DNA of 61,092 bases, from the NCBI GenBank assembly GCA_017883025.1, contig JADGOH010000042.1:1-61092 (forward strand), read 5' to 3'. This document shows, in pieces, positions 41,908 through 51,337 of the stretch (position 1 is the first letter of the stretch; every line of letters starts with the position of its first letter). A model generated the notes under the pieces. The model worked only from the letters and a program-made list of their open reading frames with translations, was not told the DNA's origin and ran no database searches. The DNA comes from Acidimicrobiales bacterium (GTDB lineage: Bacteria; Actinomycetota; Acidimicrobiia; Acidimicrobiales; RAAP-2). The position numbers and the translations under genes were made by a program.

Positions 41908-43291
41908 CGTGACCATGCCGCAGCTGGGCGAGACCGTGACCGAGGGGACCATCACCAAGTGGTTCAAGGCCGTGGGCGACACCGTTGCCCGCGATGAGCC
42001 CCTGTTCGAGGTCTCGACCGACAAGGTCGACTCCGAAGTGCCCTCGCCGGCCGACGGGGTCCTCACGGCCATCCTGGTGGAAGAAGGTGACACGGTCGAC
42101 GTCGGCGTCGCCCTTGCGGTAATCGACGGCGACGCCTCGGTCGCCGCCCCTGCCGCGGCACCTGCCGCTGAAGCCGCCGCCCCTGTCGCCGCACCGGCCG
42201 TCGCTCCTGCTTCGGCGGCCCCAGCCCCGGCCCCGCTGCATGCGCTGCCCGACGAACCGGTCGCTGCCGCATCGGCGCCGCCAGCACCTCCGGCACCGGC
42301 CCCTGCACCTGGAACCGCACGGGTTGCTCCGGCGACCTCGGTGGTGGCCGCAGGTCCGGTCCCGCCGGGCGCTGTGGTCCAGTCCCAGGTCCTGTCGCCC
42401 GTCGTCCGCCGGCTCCTCGCCGAGCACGGGCTCGAACCGTCGTCGGTCCAGGCCAGCGGCCTGGGCGGCCGGATCACCCGAGCTGATGTGGAGGCGGTGA
42501 TCGAACGGGGAACGACACCGTCCGTGGTCCCGAGCATCCCGTCCGCCACGACCGTGACCCCCGTCCCGCCCGCCGGCGCACGGGACGAGGTCGTCCCGTT
42601 CACCAATATCCGTCGCCGCACCGCCGAGCACATGGTTCGGTCGAAGGCCACGTCGGCGCACACGCTGATGGTGAAGGAGATCGACTACGAGCGGGTCGAG
42701 CAGGTGCGCCGGCTCCATGGTGGGCGCTTCCGCGAGGAGGAGGGCTTCACCCTCACCTACCTGCCCTTCGTCGCCCGCGCGACGGTGGAGGCACTGGCCG
42801 AGTTCCCGCACCTCAACGCGTCCGTCGGCGAAGATGCCCTGGTGGTCCACCACGACGTCAACCTGGGGATCGCCGTCGACCTCGACAACGAGGGGCTCAT
42901 CGTCCCGGTCGTGCACCGGTCCGAGGAGCTCAACCTGCGGGGCATGGCCCGCAGGATCCGAGACATCGCGGACCGGGCACGGTCCAAGCGGCTGAGTCTC
43001 GACGACATCAGCGGCGGGACCTTCTCGATCACCAACTCCGGACCGTTCGGCACGCTGCTCACCGGTGCGATCATCAACCAGCCCCAGGTGGCCATCCTCT
43101 CGACGGACGGCGTGTCCCGGAAGCCGGTGGTGGTCGAACTGCCCGACGGCACCGAGACCATCGGCATCCACTCGATGGGCCTCGTCGCCATGAACTTCGA
43201 CCATCGCGCCGTCGACGGTGCCTATGTGGCCCGGTTCCTGGCACGGTTGTCGGCCATCCTCGACGACCGTGACTGGGTTGGCGAGCTCTAG
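41900..43291 (+). CDS. dihydrolipoamide acyltransferase E2 (single lipoyl domain, DlaT/SucB-like)
   Basis: Lipoyl domain MPQLGETVTEGTITKW...EVSTDKVDSEVPSP. Ala/Pro linker. PSBD SPVVRRLLAEHGL. Catalytic DHRAVDG. TTG/GTG start overlaps the lpd stop. Confidence 0.9.
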   Translation: MPDVTMPQLGETVTEGTITKWFKAVGDTVARDEPLFEVSTDKVDSEVPSPADGVLTAILVEEGDTVDVGVALAVIDGDASVAAPAAAPAAEAAAPVAAPAVAPASAAPAPAPLHALPDEPVAAASAPPAPPAPAPAPGTARVAPATSVVAAGPVPPGAVVQSQVLSPVVRRLLAEHGLEPSSVQASGLGGRITRADVEAVIERGTTPSVVPSIPSATTVTPVPPAGARDEVVPFTNIRRRTAEHMVRSKATSAHTLMVKEIDYERVEQVRRLHGGRFREEEGFTLTYLPFVARATVEALAEFPHLNASVGEDALVVHHDVNLGIAVDLDNEGLIVPVVHRSEELNLRGMARRIRDIADRARSKRLSLDDISGGTFSITNSGPFGTLLTGAIINQPQVAILSTDGVSRKPVVVELPDGTETIGIHSMGLVAMNFDHRAVDGAYVARFLARLSAILDDRDWVGEL

Positions 43292-43341
43292 CCCGTCGTG
43301 ATGGGAGCGCGGCCGCGGCGTACCGCCGGACGAGGCCCACG

Positions 43342-45048
43342 GTGAGGGCGCGCTGGCTGGGCCGCGTCCCGTACGCCGAAGCCTGGGACCTCCAGCGAGC
43401 CGTCGCGTCGCGATCGGAGGACGACTACCTCCTGCTCCTCGAGCACGGCCACGTCTACACCCTCGGGGCGCACGCCGACCCGACCCACGTGCTGGTCGAC
43501 CCGGCATCGGTCGGCGCCGACCTCGTGACCGTCGACCGTGGGGGCGACGTCACGTACCACGGTCCGGGCCAGCTGATCGGCTACCCGATCCGCTCGGTTG
43601 GACCCGGCCCGCACCACGGACCCGAGCATGTCCGCCAGGTGGAGGACGTGGTCATCGGCGCTCTGGTAGGGCTCGGCGTGCCGGCGGAGCGGGTGGGCCG
43701 CCTGGCGGGCTACCCCGGTGTGTGGATCGACCCGTCGTCGACCGGGTCGGGCGTTGCCGGCCCCCGGAAGGTCGCCGCTATCGGCGTGCGCACGGCGCGG
43801 GGGAGAACCACCCACGGGTTCGGCCTCAACGTCTCGACCGACCTCTCGATGTTCGGGCACATCGTCCCGTGCGGGATCGCCGACCGACCGGTGACCTCCC
43901 TGGCCGCCGAGGGGCTCCCCGTCACGATGGCCGAGGCCGTGGAGGCCGTACTGGCCTCGGCACGCGCCGTGTGGGGTGATCTCGACGACGTCGCACGGGT
44001 GACCGACGGAGCCGGGATTGCCGGCGTCCGGGAGGGAATCGCGGGCGTGCCCGTCACTGTGCGGGGCACCCGTGGCGCAGGGGGTGTAGCGGCGGCCACT
44101 TCCCTCGAACGGCGCCTCGTCCGCTCGGGGGTCGACCCCGGTGCCGGTCTGGCGATCTCGGCCCGCAAGCCCGAGTGGCTGCGGGTCAAGGCCACGATGG
44201 CCGACGAGTTCCTCGGTCTGCAGCGCGACATCCGGGACCTCGACCTCGTCACCGTCTGCGAGGAGGCCGGCTGCCCGAACATCTTCGAGTGCTGGTCGGA
44301 CGGCACGGCCACGTTCATGATCAACGGGTCACGGTGCACGCGGGCCTGCGGCTTCTGCCAGGTCGACACCCGCCACCCGCTCCCGCTCGACGCCTCGGAG
44401 CCGGGCCGGGTGGCCGACGCGGTGGGCCGCATGCGCCTGGCCCATGCCGTGATCACGTGCGTGGCCCGCGACGACCTGTCCGACGGCGGGGCGGCCGCCT
44501 TCGCCGAGACGATCGCCGCGGTCCGCCAGGCAAGCCCTGGCACTGCGGTCGAGGTCCTGATCTCCGATGTCAAGGGTGACCGGGCGTCACTCGGGACGAT
44601 CCTCGACGCCCGTCCGGACGTCCTGAACCACAACATCGAGACCGTGGCACGGCTCCAGCGGGCGGTCAGACCGTCAGCCGGATACGCCCGCAGCCTCACG
44701 GTCCTGGCCCGGTCGGCCGACGCCGGCCTCACCACCAAGTCGGGCGTCATCCTCGGGATGGGGGAGCGCGAGGACGAGGTGCTCGCCACCATGGCCGACC
44801 TGCGTGCCGTCGGTGTCGCCATCGTCACCCTGGGCCAGTACCTGCGCCCGAGCACCAGGCACCTGCCTGTCGCCCGGTGGTGGACGCCCGAGGAGTTCGA
44901 CGACCTCCGCCTGGCGGGCGAGGCGCTCGGGTTCGCGCACGTGCAGGCCTCGCCGCTCACCCGTTCGAGCTACCACGCCCGGGAGGCAGCGGACGCCTCG
45001 ACCGCCGGCGTCCCGGTGCCGGTGGCCCTGACGGTGACCCGGTCGTGA
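43342..45048 (+). CDS. lipB-lipA: fused octanoyltransferase LipB - lipoyl synthase LipA (single 568-aa ORF)
   Basis: The N-terminal ~215 aa is LipB: HGHVYTLG, RGGDVTYHGPGQL, KVAAIGV, IVPCGI. A ~40-aa Gly/Ala/Val linker follows. The C-terminal part is LipA: CEEAGCPNIFECW, CTRACGFCQV, RSSYHA. There is no stop codon and no frame change between the two parts. Confidence 0.85.
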   Translation: MRARWLGRVPYAEAWDLQRAVASRSEDDYLLLLEHGHVYTLGAHADPTHVLVDPASVGADLVTVDRGGDVTYHGPGQLIGYPIRSVGPGPHHGPEHVRQVEDVVIGALVGLGVPAERVGRLAGYPGVWIDPSSTGSGVAGPRKVAAIGVRTARGRTTHGFGLNVSTDLSMFGHIVPCGIADRPVTSLAAEGLPVTMAEAVEAVLASARAVWGDLDDVARVTDGAGIAGVREGIAGVPVTVRGTRGAGGVAAATSLERRLVRSGVDPGAGLAISARKPEWLRVKATMADEFLGLQRDIRDLDLVTVCEEAGCPNIFECWSDGTATFMINGSRCTRACGFCQVDTRHPLPLDASEPGRVADAVGRMRLAHAVITCVARDDLSDGGAAAFAETIAAVRQASPGTAVEVLISDVKGDRASLGTILDARPDVLNHNIETVARLQRAVRPSAGYARSLTVLARSADAGLTTKSGVILGMGEREDEVLATMADLRAVGVAIVTLGQYLRPSTRHLPVARWWTPEEFDDLRLAGEALGFAHVQASPLTRSSYHAREAADASTAGVPVPVALTVTRS

Positions 45049-45064
45049 GTACCCGGTCGTGAGT
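45037..45064 (+). repeat. perfect 14-bp tandem duplication ACCCGGTCGTGAGT x2 spanning the lipA stop and the next gene start
   Basis: Read directly from the sequence. Copy 1 (45037-45050) contains the TGA stop of lipB-lipA. Copy 2 (45051-45064) contains the GTG start at 45059. Confidence 0.9.
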
Positions 45065-46186
45065 ATCGGTGCCCGGGCGGACCGGATGGCACGGGTGCGC
45101 GACCGGATGGCGCTGCTCGGCGTCGACGTCCTCCTGCTGTCCCACGGGGCCGACCTGCCGTGGCTGACCGGCTACCGGGCGATGCCACTCGAGCGGCTGA
45201 CCCTCCTGGTCCTGCCGGTGGCGGGGGACCCGGTACTCGTCGTGCCGGGCCTGGAGGCGCCCCGGGTGCCCGACCCCGGGGGGAGCTTCGAGTTGCGCCC
45301 GTGGTCCGACGCCGAGGATCCCGTGGACCTCGTGGTCGACCTCCTCCACCGGGGCGCAGCCGACCGACTTGCGGTGTCGGACCGCGCCTGGGCCACGACC
45401 GTGCTGGCGCTCCAGGGTCGGCTGCCGAGCGCCCACTGGGTCGAGGCGTCCCGCGTGACCTCACCGATCCGTGCCGTGAAGGACGGGGCCGAGCTGGCTG
45501 CCCTGCGTGCCGCCGGCGCTGCAGCCGATCGGGTGGCGGACGTGCTCCAGTCCGGCGGCATCCCGCTCGTAGGCCGGACGGAGGCCGAGGTGTCGGCCCG
45601 GCTCGGCGCGCTGCTCGTCGGCGAAGGGCACAGTGCTGTCAACTTCGCCATCGTCGGGAGCGGACCCAACGCCGCGAGCCCGCACCACGAGCCCGGGAGC
45701 CGGGTGATCGGCCGGGACGAGACCGTGGTGTGCGACTTCGGGGGCACCCTGTCGCTCGACGACGGTCCCGGCTACTGCTCGGACATCACGCGGACGGTGG
45801 TCACCGGTACCCCGTCCGACGAGGTCGCGACCTGCTACGCGGTGCTGCTCGAGGCGCAGCAGGCGGCCGTGTCCTCGGCGTGCGCCGGTGTGACGGCCGC
45901 ATCCGTCGACCGGGTCGCACGGGACGTGATCGAGGCCGCCGGCTACGGCGACCTCTTCGTACACCGGACCGGTCACGGCATCGGCATCGAGGAGCACGAG
46001 GACCCCTACCTCGTGGTCGGAAACGACGAGGTGCTGGTCCCCGGGCACGCGTTCTCGGTGGAGCCCGGGATCTACCAGGCCGGACGGTTCGGCATGCGGC
46101 TCGAGGACATCGTCGTGGTGGGTGCGGACGGGAGCCCGGAGCCGCTCAACGCCGCCGACCACAGGATGGTCGTCATCGAAGCCTGA
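45059..46186 (+). CDS. M24-family Xaa-Pro dipeptidase / aminopeptidase P-like
   Basis: Creatinase-like N-terminus followed by a pita-bread domain. Metal ligands are in VCDFGG, SDITRT, HRTGHGIG, FSVEPG, RLED. Confidence 0.85.
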   Translation: MSIGARADRMARVRDRMALLGVDVLLLSHGADLPWLTGYRAMPLERLTLLVLPVAGDPVLVVPGLEAPRVPDPGGSFELRPWSDAEDPVDLVVDLLHRGAADRLAVSDRAWATTVLALQGRLPSAHWVEASRVTSPIRAVKDGAELAALRAAGAAADRVADVLQSGGIPLVGRTEAEVSARLGALLVGEGHSAVNFAIVGSGPNAASPHHEPGSRVIGRDETVVCDFGGTLSLDDGPGYCSDITRTVVTGTPSDEVATCYAVLLEAQQAAVSSACAGVTAASVDRVARDVIEAAGYGDLFVHRTGHGIGIEEHEDPYLVVGNDEVLVPGHAFSVEPGIYQAGRFGMRLEDIVVVGADGSPEPLNAADHRMVVIEA

Positions 46187-46235
46187 GCAGGCCGGGCGCA
46201 CGGCGTCGGAGCACCCGTCAACCGAGGAGGAGCAC

Positions 46236-46961
46236 ATGGATCTGGGGATCAGCGGGAAGGTGGCACTGGTCACGGCCGGGTCGCGGGGGCTCGGACGGGC
46301 CACGGCGCTGGCCTTGGCCGCCGAGGGCGCACGGGTCATGCTCTCGGGCCGGGATCCCGGGACGCTGGAGCAGGCACGGGAGGCGGTGGCCTCTGCCGGG
46401 GGAGTTGCCGACGTCCACGCCGGCGACGTGACGGACCCGGCCGAGCCGGCCCGGCTGGTGGCCGCCACGGTCGACCGGTTCGGCGGCCTGGACATCGTGG
46501 TGGCGAATGCAGGCGGGCCACCCCCGGGCCGGGCGATCGACCAGTCGGACGAGGCACTCGAGGCGGCCATCAACGCCAACCTGCTGACCTCGGTCCGGCT
46601 CACCCGCGAAGCACTCCCCCACATGCGGTCGGCGGGATGGGGCCGCATCTGCTGCATCGCCTCCTACACCGTGCAGCAGGCCTCGCCGGTGCTCGCGCTC
46701 TCCAACACCGCCCGGGTGGGGCTGTGGGGGTGGCTGAAGACGGCCGCCCACGACCTGGCGTCGGAGTCGAGCGGGATAACGATCAACATGATCTGCCCCG
46801 GACCCCATGCCACCGACCGGATGAAGGATCTGGGTGGCACCGGGACCATGGGCGATCCGGCCGACTTCGGCTCGGTCGCGGCCTTCCTGTGCTCGGTGCA
46901 GGCCGGGTTCGTCAACGGGAGCGCCATCGTGGTGGACGGGGGCGCGACGCTCGCGCTCTGA
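46236..46961 (+). CDS. short-chain dehydrogenase/reductase
   Basis: In-frame ATG at 46236 with GAGGAGGA upstream. VTAGSRGLGRA, NAGG, PGPHATD. The catalytic region is atypical (ALSNTARVG). Confidence 0.8.
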   Translation: MDLGISGKVALVTAGSRGLGRATALALAAEGARVMLSGRDPGTLEQAREAVASAGGVADVHAGDVTDPAEPARLVAATVDRFGGLDIVVANAGGPPPGRAIDQSDEALEAAINANLLTSVRLTREALPHMRSAGWGRICCIASYTVQQASPVLALSNTARVGLWGWLKTAAHDLASESSGITINMICPGPHATDRMKDLGGTGTMGDPADFGSVAAFLCSVQAGFVNGSAIVVDGGATLAL

Positions 46962-47043
46962 CATCGGCGATCCATCGGCTCCAGCCGTTCCGCGGCTCGT
47001 GTCGGTTCTGCCGGGTCGACGGAGTCGACGGCGACCTGGGAGT

Positions 47044-47619
47044 TCAGTCGGGGGCGTCCGACGGGGGCGGTGCGGGCATGGCAGGAAGGTTGGCCGGGAG
47101 CGTCCCCTTGGGGCGGAGCGCCGGCAACGGGGCGAGAGCGTCTGAGCCGACCGGCTCGGCGACCGGCGGCTCCGCCATGGTCGGCGGCGGCATCAGTGAG
47201 GGTCGTCCGGATGAGGTCGGCGCCGTGGCGGGTGTCACTTCCGACGGATGGTTCATCCCGGAGCATGGGGCCGGCGTGACCCGGGGTGGGGACTGTGCGG
47301 TCGGCGCAGTCGGTGTGGACCGAGACTTGTGCGCCCTGGGGGCGTTGAAGGACGGCGCCATCGGCTGGGTGGCGTTGTGCCTGGGTTGCGGCGACGGGCC
47401 GTTCCATTCGACGGGATCGACGGCTCCGGCCGTCGCGCTCCTGGCAGCGGGTCCGTAGTGGGCGGCGTCGTGGTCGAAGTAGAAGCTGCCCGCAGCTCTG
47501 CGCCGGCGCGCGGCGCCGGCCCGCCTGACCCGGCTCACCACGAGGAGCACGGCGAGGACGACCACGATCGCCACCAGGACCACCTCGACCAGCGCGGTAC
47601 CCGAGAGTGTCCCGAACAT
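47044..47619 (-). CDS. membrane-anchored proline-rich protein of unknown function
   Basis: Start at the internal ATG with GAGGA upstream. TM ALVEVVLVAIVVVLAVLLVV, then RVRRAGAARRRR, then a Pro/Ala/Thr-rich tail. Sampled GC3 is 75-90% in this frame. Confidence 0.5.
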   Translation of the reverse strand: MFGTLSGTALVEVVLVAIVVVLAVLLVVSRVRRAGAARRRRAAGSFYFDHDAAHYGPAARSATAGAVDPVEWNGPSPQPRHNATQPMAPSFNAPRAHKSRSTPTAPTAQSPPRVTPAPCSGMNHPSEVTPATAPTSSGRPSLMPPPTMAEPPVAEPVGSDALAPLPALRPKGTLPANLPAMPAPPPSDAPD

Positions 47620-47695
47620 CCCGGTCCTCAACGAAGCGGACGACCCCACCGGGCCAGCGTACGCCTCGGGGTGTCCTGCCATCTGCTGTTCGAGT

Positions 47696-47719
47696 GCGGG
47701 CCGGACGCGTCCGGCCCGC
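47696..47719 (-). terminator. strong GC hairpin immediately downstream of the metH stop
   Basis: GCGGGCCGGA-cgcg-TCCGGCCCGC is a perfect 10-bp stem with a 4-nt loop, and it abuts the stop codon at 47720-47722. Confidence 0.6.
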
Positions 47720-50700
47720 TCAGGCCACGAAGTACTTGGCCTGGGGGTGGTGGCAGATGATGGCCGTCGTCGACTGCTCCGGATGGAGTTGGAAGCCCTC
47801 GCTGACCTCCACACCGATGCGATCGGCTCCCAGGAGTTCCACGACCTGGGCGTTGTCCTCGAGCCGCGGGCAGGCCGGATAGCCCCAGGAGTAGCGACCA
47901 CCCCGGTACTTCTGCCGGAAGAGGCCGGTGAGCGTGGGACCGTCCTGGTCGGCGAACCCGAGCTCTTCGCGGATGCGGTGGTGCCAGTACTCGGCCAGGG
48001 CCTCAGCCATCTCCACCCCGAGCCCGTGCAGGTAGAGGTACTGCTGGTACTCGTCGGCGGCGAACAGGCGTGCGGCCTCCTCGGACACGCGAGAGCCCAT
48101 GGTCACCACCTGGAAGCTGGCCCAGTCCTCGTCGCCCGAATCGACCGACCGGAAGAAGTCGGCGATGCACAGGTACGGGTCTTCGACCTGGCGGGGGAAG
48201 GCGAACCGCATCTGCTCCTTCGCGCGGGTCTCGTCCGTCCAGATCACCAGGTCGTCGCCTTCGGCGTTTGCCGCGAAGTGACCCCACGCCACCTGGGGAA
48301 CCAGCAGTTGCTCGGCTTTGGCCGTGGCCAGCTCCTCGCGCAGCCGCGACCGGACCCGCGCCTTGAACGCGGGGTCGTCCTCGCCACCCTCGGGCCGGAA
48401 CCCCCACTGGTTGCGGAACAGCGCCGTTTCGTTGAGGTAGGTGGCGATGTCGTCGATGGCCATGCCCTTGGCCACCCGGCTGCCCGTGAAGGGCGGGGTG
48501 AAGAGCGGGTTGTCGGTGGCGACCTCGGGGGAGCGGGCCGGGAGGGAGTCGCCCCGGGAGCGGGCCTCCTCGGCGGCCTTCTTGCGCAGCTCGCTCTTGC
48601 GGGGGCCGAGGTCACGACCGCCGATGGCGGTCCCGAACTCAGGGTCGTCCTCGCCGTTGCGGGCCAGCTCGACGAGCCGGTCCATGGTCCGGAGGCCCTC
48701 GAAGGCATCCTTGCCGTAGAAGAGCCGGCCGTCGTACACCTGCCGCAGGTCACGCTCGACGTAGGTGCGGGTCAGCGCGGCACCGCCCAGGATCACGGGG
48801 ATGTGGGACAGGCCGCGCCGGTTGAGCTCCTCGAGGTTCTCGCGCATGATGAGCGTGGACTTCACGAGCAGCCCGCTCATGCCGATGGCGTCGGCGCCGA
48901 ACTCCTCGACGGCGGCCACCATGTCGGTGATGCCGATCTTGATGCCGAGGTTCCGGACCGTGTAGCCGTTGTTGGTGAGGATGATGTCGACCAGGTTCTT
49001 GCCGATGTCATGGACGTCGCCCTTCACGGTGGCGAGCACCATGGTCCCCTTTCCACCCTGGTCGGCCTTCTCCATGAAGGGCTCGAGGTAGGCGACGGCA
49101 GTCTTCATCGTCTCGGCCGAGCCGAGCACGAACGGGAGTTGCATCTCCCCGGACGCGAACAGCTCGCCGACGGTCTTCATGCCGGCCAGCAGGAACTCGT
49201 TGATGATGATCAGCGGGGTCAGTCCCTGGGCCATGGCCTCGTCGAGGTCGGCCTCGATGCCGTTGCGGTCGCCGTCGATGATCCGCTGCTCCAACCGGCG
49301 CTCGACCGTCCAGCCCGACCGGTCCTCTCCGGCGGACACCGACGACGCCGTGACGCCTTCGAACAACGAGAGCAGCTCGGTCAGTGGGTCGTAACCCTCG
49401 GAGCGGCGATCGTAGACCAGGTCGAGGCAGACCTCGCGTGCCCGGTCGTCGATCTTGGCCAGCGGCAGGATCTTCGAGGCGTGCACTATGGCGGCGTCGA
49501 GCCCGGCCTCCACGCACTCGTGGAGGAACACCGAGTTGAGGACCTGACGTGCCGCCGGGTTGAGCCCGAAGGACACGTTCGACAACCCGAGCACGGTGTA
49601 GACGCCTGGGAGCTCGGCCTTGATCCTCCGGATCCCTTCGATCGTCTCGATGCCGTCGCGCCTGCTCTCCTCCATCCCCGTCGACAGCGGGAGGGCGAGG
49701 GGGTCGAACATGAGGTCCTCGGGCCGGAGCCCGTAGCGCTCGGTGGCGATGTCGTGGATGGCCGTGGCGGAGCGCACCTTCCAGTCGGCCGTGCGGGCCT
49801 GGCCCTCCTCGTCGATGCACGTGCACACGACGGCGGCGCCGAACTCCTTCGCCAGGGTGAGGAACGAGTCGAGCCGGGTGCCGACCGCGTCGCCCTCCTC
49901 GAGGTTCACCGAGTTGATGACGGCACGCCCGCCGATCCACGACAGGGCGGTCTCGATAACTGGCGCCTCGGTCGAGTCGACCATGAGGGGCGCGGTCGAC
50001 TGCGTGGCGAAGCGCGAGGCGACCTGCTCCATGTCGGCCACCCCGTCGGCACCCGTGTAGTCGACGCACACGTCGATGAGGTGCGAGCCCTCCTTGACTT
50101 GCTCCTTGGCCATGGCCACGCAGCTGTCCCAGTCGGCTTCGAGCATCGCCTCGCGGAACTTCTTCGAGCCGTTGGCGTTGGTGCGCTCGCCGACCACCAG
50201 GAACGAGCTGTCCTGGGTGAAGGGCACGTGGGTGTAGATCGAGGCCGCGCCCTCTTCGCGCTCGGGGGAGCGTGAGACAGGGGTGAGGTCGGCGCACGTC
50301 TGGACCACGGCGGCCAGGTGGGCGGGCGTGGTGCCGCAGCAACCGCCGATGACCGACACGCCGAGCTCGCTGACGAATTGGCGGTGGAACTCGGCGAGCT
50401 GGTGGGGTTCGAGGTCATAGTGCATGGCACCGTCGACCACCGAGGGCAGGCCGGCGTTGGGTAGGCACGAGACCGGGATGGTGGCGTGTCCGGTCAGGTG
50501 GCGCAGCGGCTCGAACATCTCGGACGGCCCGGTGGCGCAGTTCAGGCCGATGACATCGACGTCCATCGCCTGGAGAGCCACTAGGGCTGCGCCCACCTCG
50601 GTGCCGGGCAGCATGGTCCCGGTCAGTTCGATGGTGACCTGGCACTGGATGGGCAGGCGGACGCCGGCGCGCTTCATGGCCCGTCGGGCGCCGTTGATGG

Positions 50701-51226
50701 CGGCCTTGGCCTGGAGCAGGTCGAAGACCGTCTCGACGATGATGAGGTCGGCACCGCCTTCGATCAGGGCGTCGGACTGCTCCTCGTACGCGTCGCGCAG
50801 GTCGGCGTACGCGGTCTGGCCGAGTGTCGGGAACTTGGTGCCGGGGCCGATACTGCCCGCCACCCAGCGGGGCCGGTCCGACGTGGCGAACTCCTCGGCG
50901 GCGTTCCGGGCCAGCTGCACGGCGGCCAGGTTGAGCTCTCGCACCCTGTCGCCCTGCCCGTACTCCGCGAGGACGGGGGCGAAGGCGCCGAAGGTGTCCG
51001 TCTCGACCACGTCGCAGCCGACCTCGTAGAAGGACCGGTGTACCTGTTCGACGGCGTCGGGCCGAGTAACGACGAGGAGCTCGTTGCAGCCCTCGAGGTC
51101 GGGGCCGCCGAAGTCGTCTGCGGTCAGGCCGGCCAACTGCAGGTTGGTCCCCATGGCGCCGTCGAAGATGACGACGCGCTCGGAAACGGCCTGGAGATAG
51201 CTGGATTCGGTGCGGTGGGCGGCCAT
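47720..51226 (-). CDS. metH: cobalamin-dependent methionine synthase
   Basis: Start at the internal ATG (MAAHRTESSY) with GGAGGG upstream; 1168 aa. Hcy domain GGCCGTTP. Pterin domain. B12 domain GDVHDIGKN. Activation domain RYSWGYPACP. Confidence 0.95.
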   Translation of the reverse strand: MAAHRTESSYLQAVSERVVIFDGAMGTNLQLAGLTADDFGGPDLEGCNELLVVTRPDAVEQVHRSFYEVGCDVVETDTFGAFAPVLAEYGQGDRVRELNLAAVQLARNAAEEFATSDRPRWVAGSIGPGTKFPTLGQTAYADLRDAYEEQSDALIEGGADLIIVETVFDLLQAKAAINGARRAMKRAGVRLPIQCQVTIELTGTMLPGTEVGAALVALQAMDVDVIGLNCATGPSEMFEPLRHLTGHATIPVSCLPNAGLPSVVDGAMHYDLEPHQLAEFHRQFVSELGVSVIGGCCGTTPAHLAAVVQTCADLTPVSRSPEREEGAASIYTHVPFTQDSSFLVVGERTNANGSKKFREAMLEADWDSCVAMAKEQVKEGSHLIDVCVDYTGADGVADMEQVASRFATQSTAPLMVDSTEAPVIETALSWIGGRAVINSVNLEEGDAVGTRLDSFLTLAKEFGAAVVCTCIDEEGQARTADWKVRSATAIHDIATERYGLRPEDLMFDPLALPLSTGMEESRRDGIETIEGIRRIKAELPGVYTVLGLSNVSFGLNPAARQVLNSVFLHECVEAGLDAAIVHASKILPLAKIDDRAREVCLDLVYDRRSEGYDPLTELLSLFEGVTASSVSAGEDRSGWTVERRLEQRIIDGDRNGIEADLDEAMAQGLTPLIIINEFLLAGMKTVGELFASGEMQLPFVLGSAETMKTAVAYLEPFMEKADQGGKGTMVLATVKGDVHDIGKNLVDIILTNNGYTVRNLGIKIGITDMVAAVEEFGADAIGMSGLLVKSTLIMRENLEELNRRGLSHIPVILGGAALTRTYVERDLRQVYDGRLFYGKDAFEGLRTMDRLVELARNGEDDPEFGTAIGGRDLGPRKSELRKKAAEEARSRGDSLPARSPEVATDNPLFTPPFTGSRVAKGMAIDDIATYLNETALFRNQWGFRPEGGEDDPAFKARVRSRLREELATAKAEQLLVPQVAWGHFAANAEGDDLVIWTDETRAKEQMRFAFPRQVEDPYLCIADFFRSVDSGDEDWASFQVVTMGSRVSEEAARLFAADEYQQYLYLHGLGVEMAEALAEYWHHRIREELGFADQDGPTLTGLFRQKYRGGRYSWGYPACPRLEDNAQVVELLGADRIGVEVSEGFQLHPEQSTTAIICHHPQAKYFVA

Positions 51227-51337
51227 AGCCCTCCAACGATACCGGGGACGAGCGCGTCCTGGCCCGAAGTCGTCAGAACGGGCGCGGGCGACGGGACGGC
51301 GATGTCGTTCGTTTAGCATCGGAGCCGTGAGGACACC

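Noticed and set aside
51227-51337. A possible cobalamin, SAM or other riboswitch in the metH / adenosyltransferase divergent region.
   Set aside because: I could not recognise the conserved cores (a B12 box, or SAM-I/II/IV motifs) by eye. Only short generic hairpins are present. An Infernal scan is needed before any claim.
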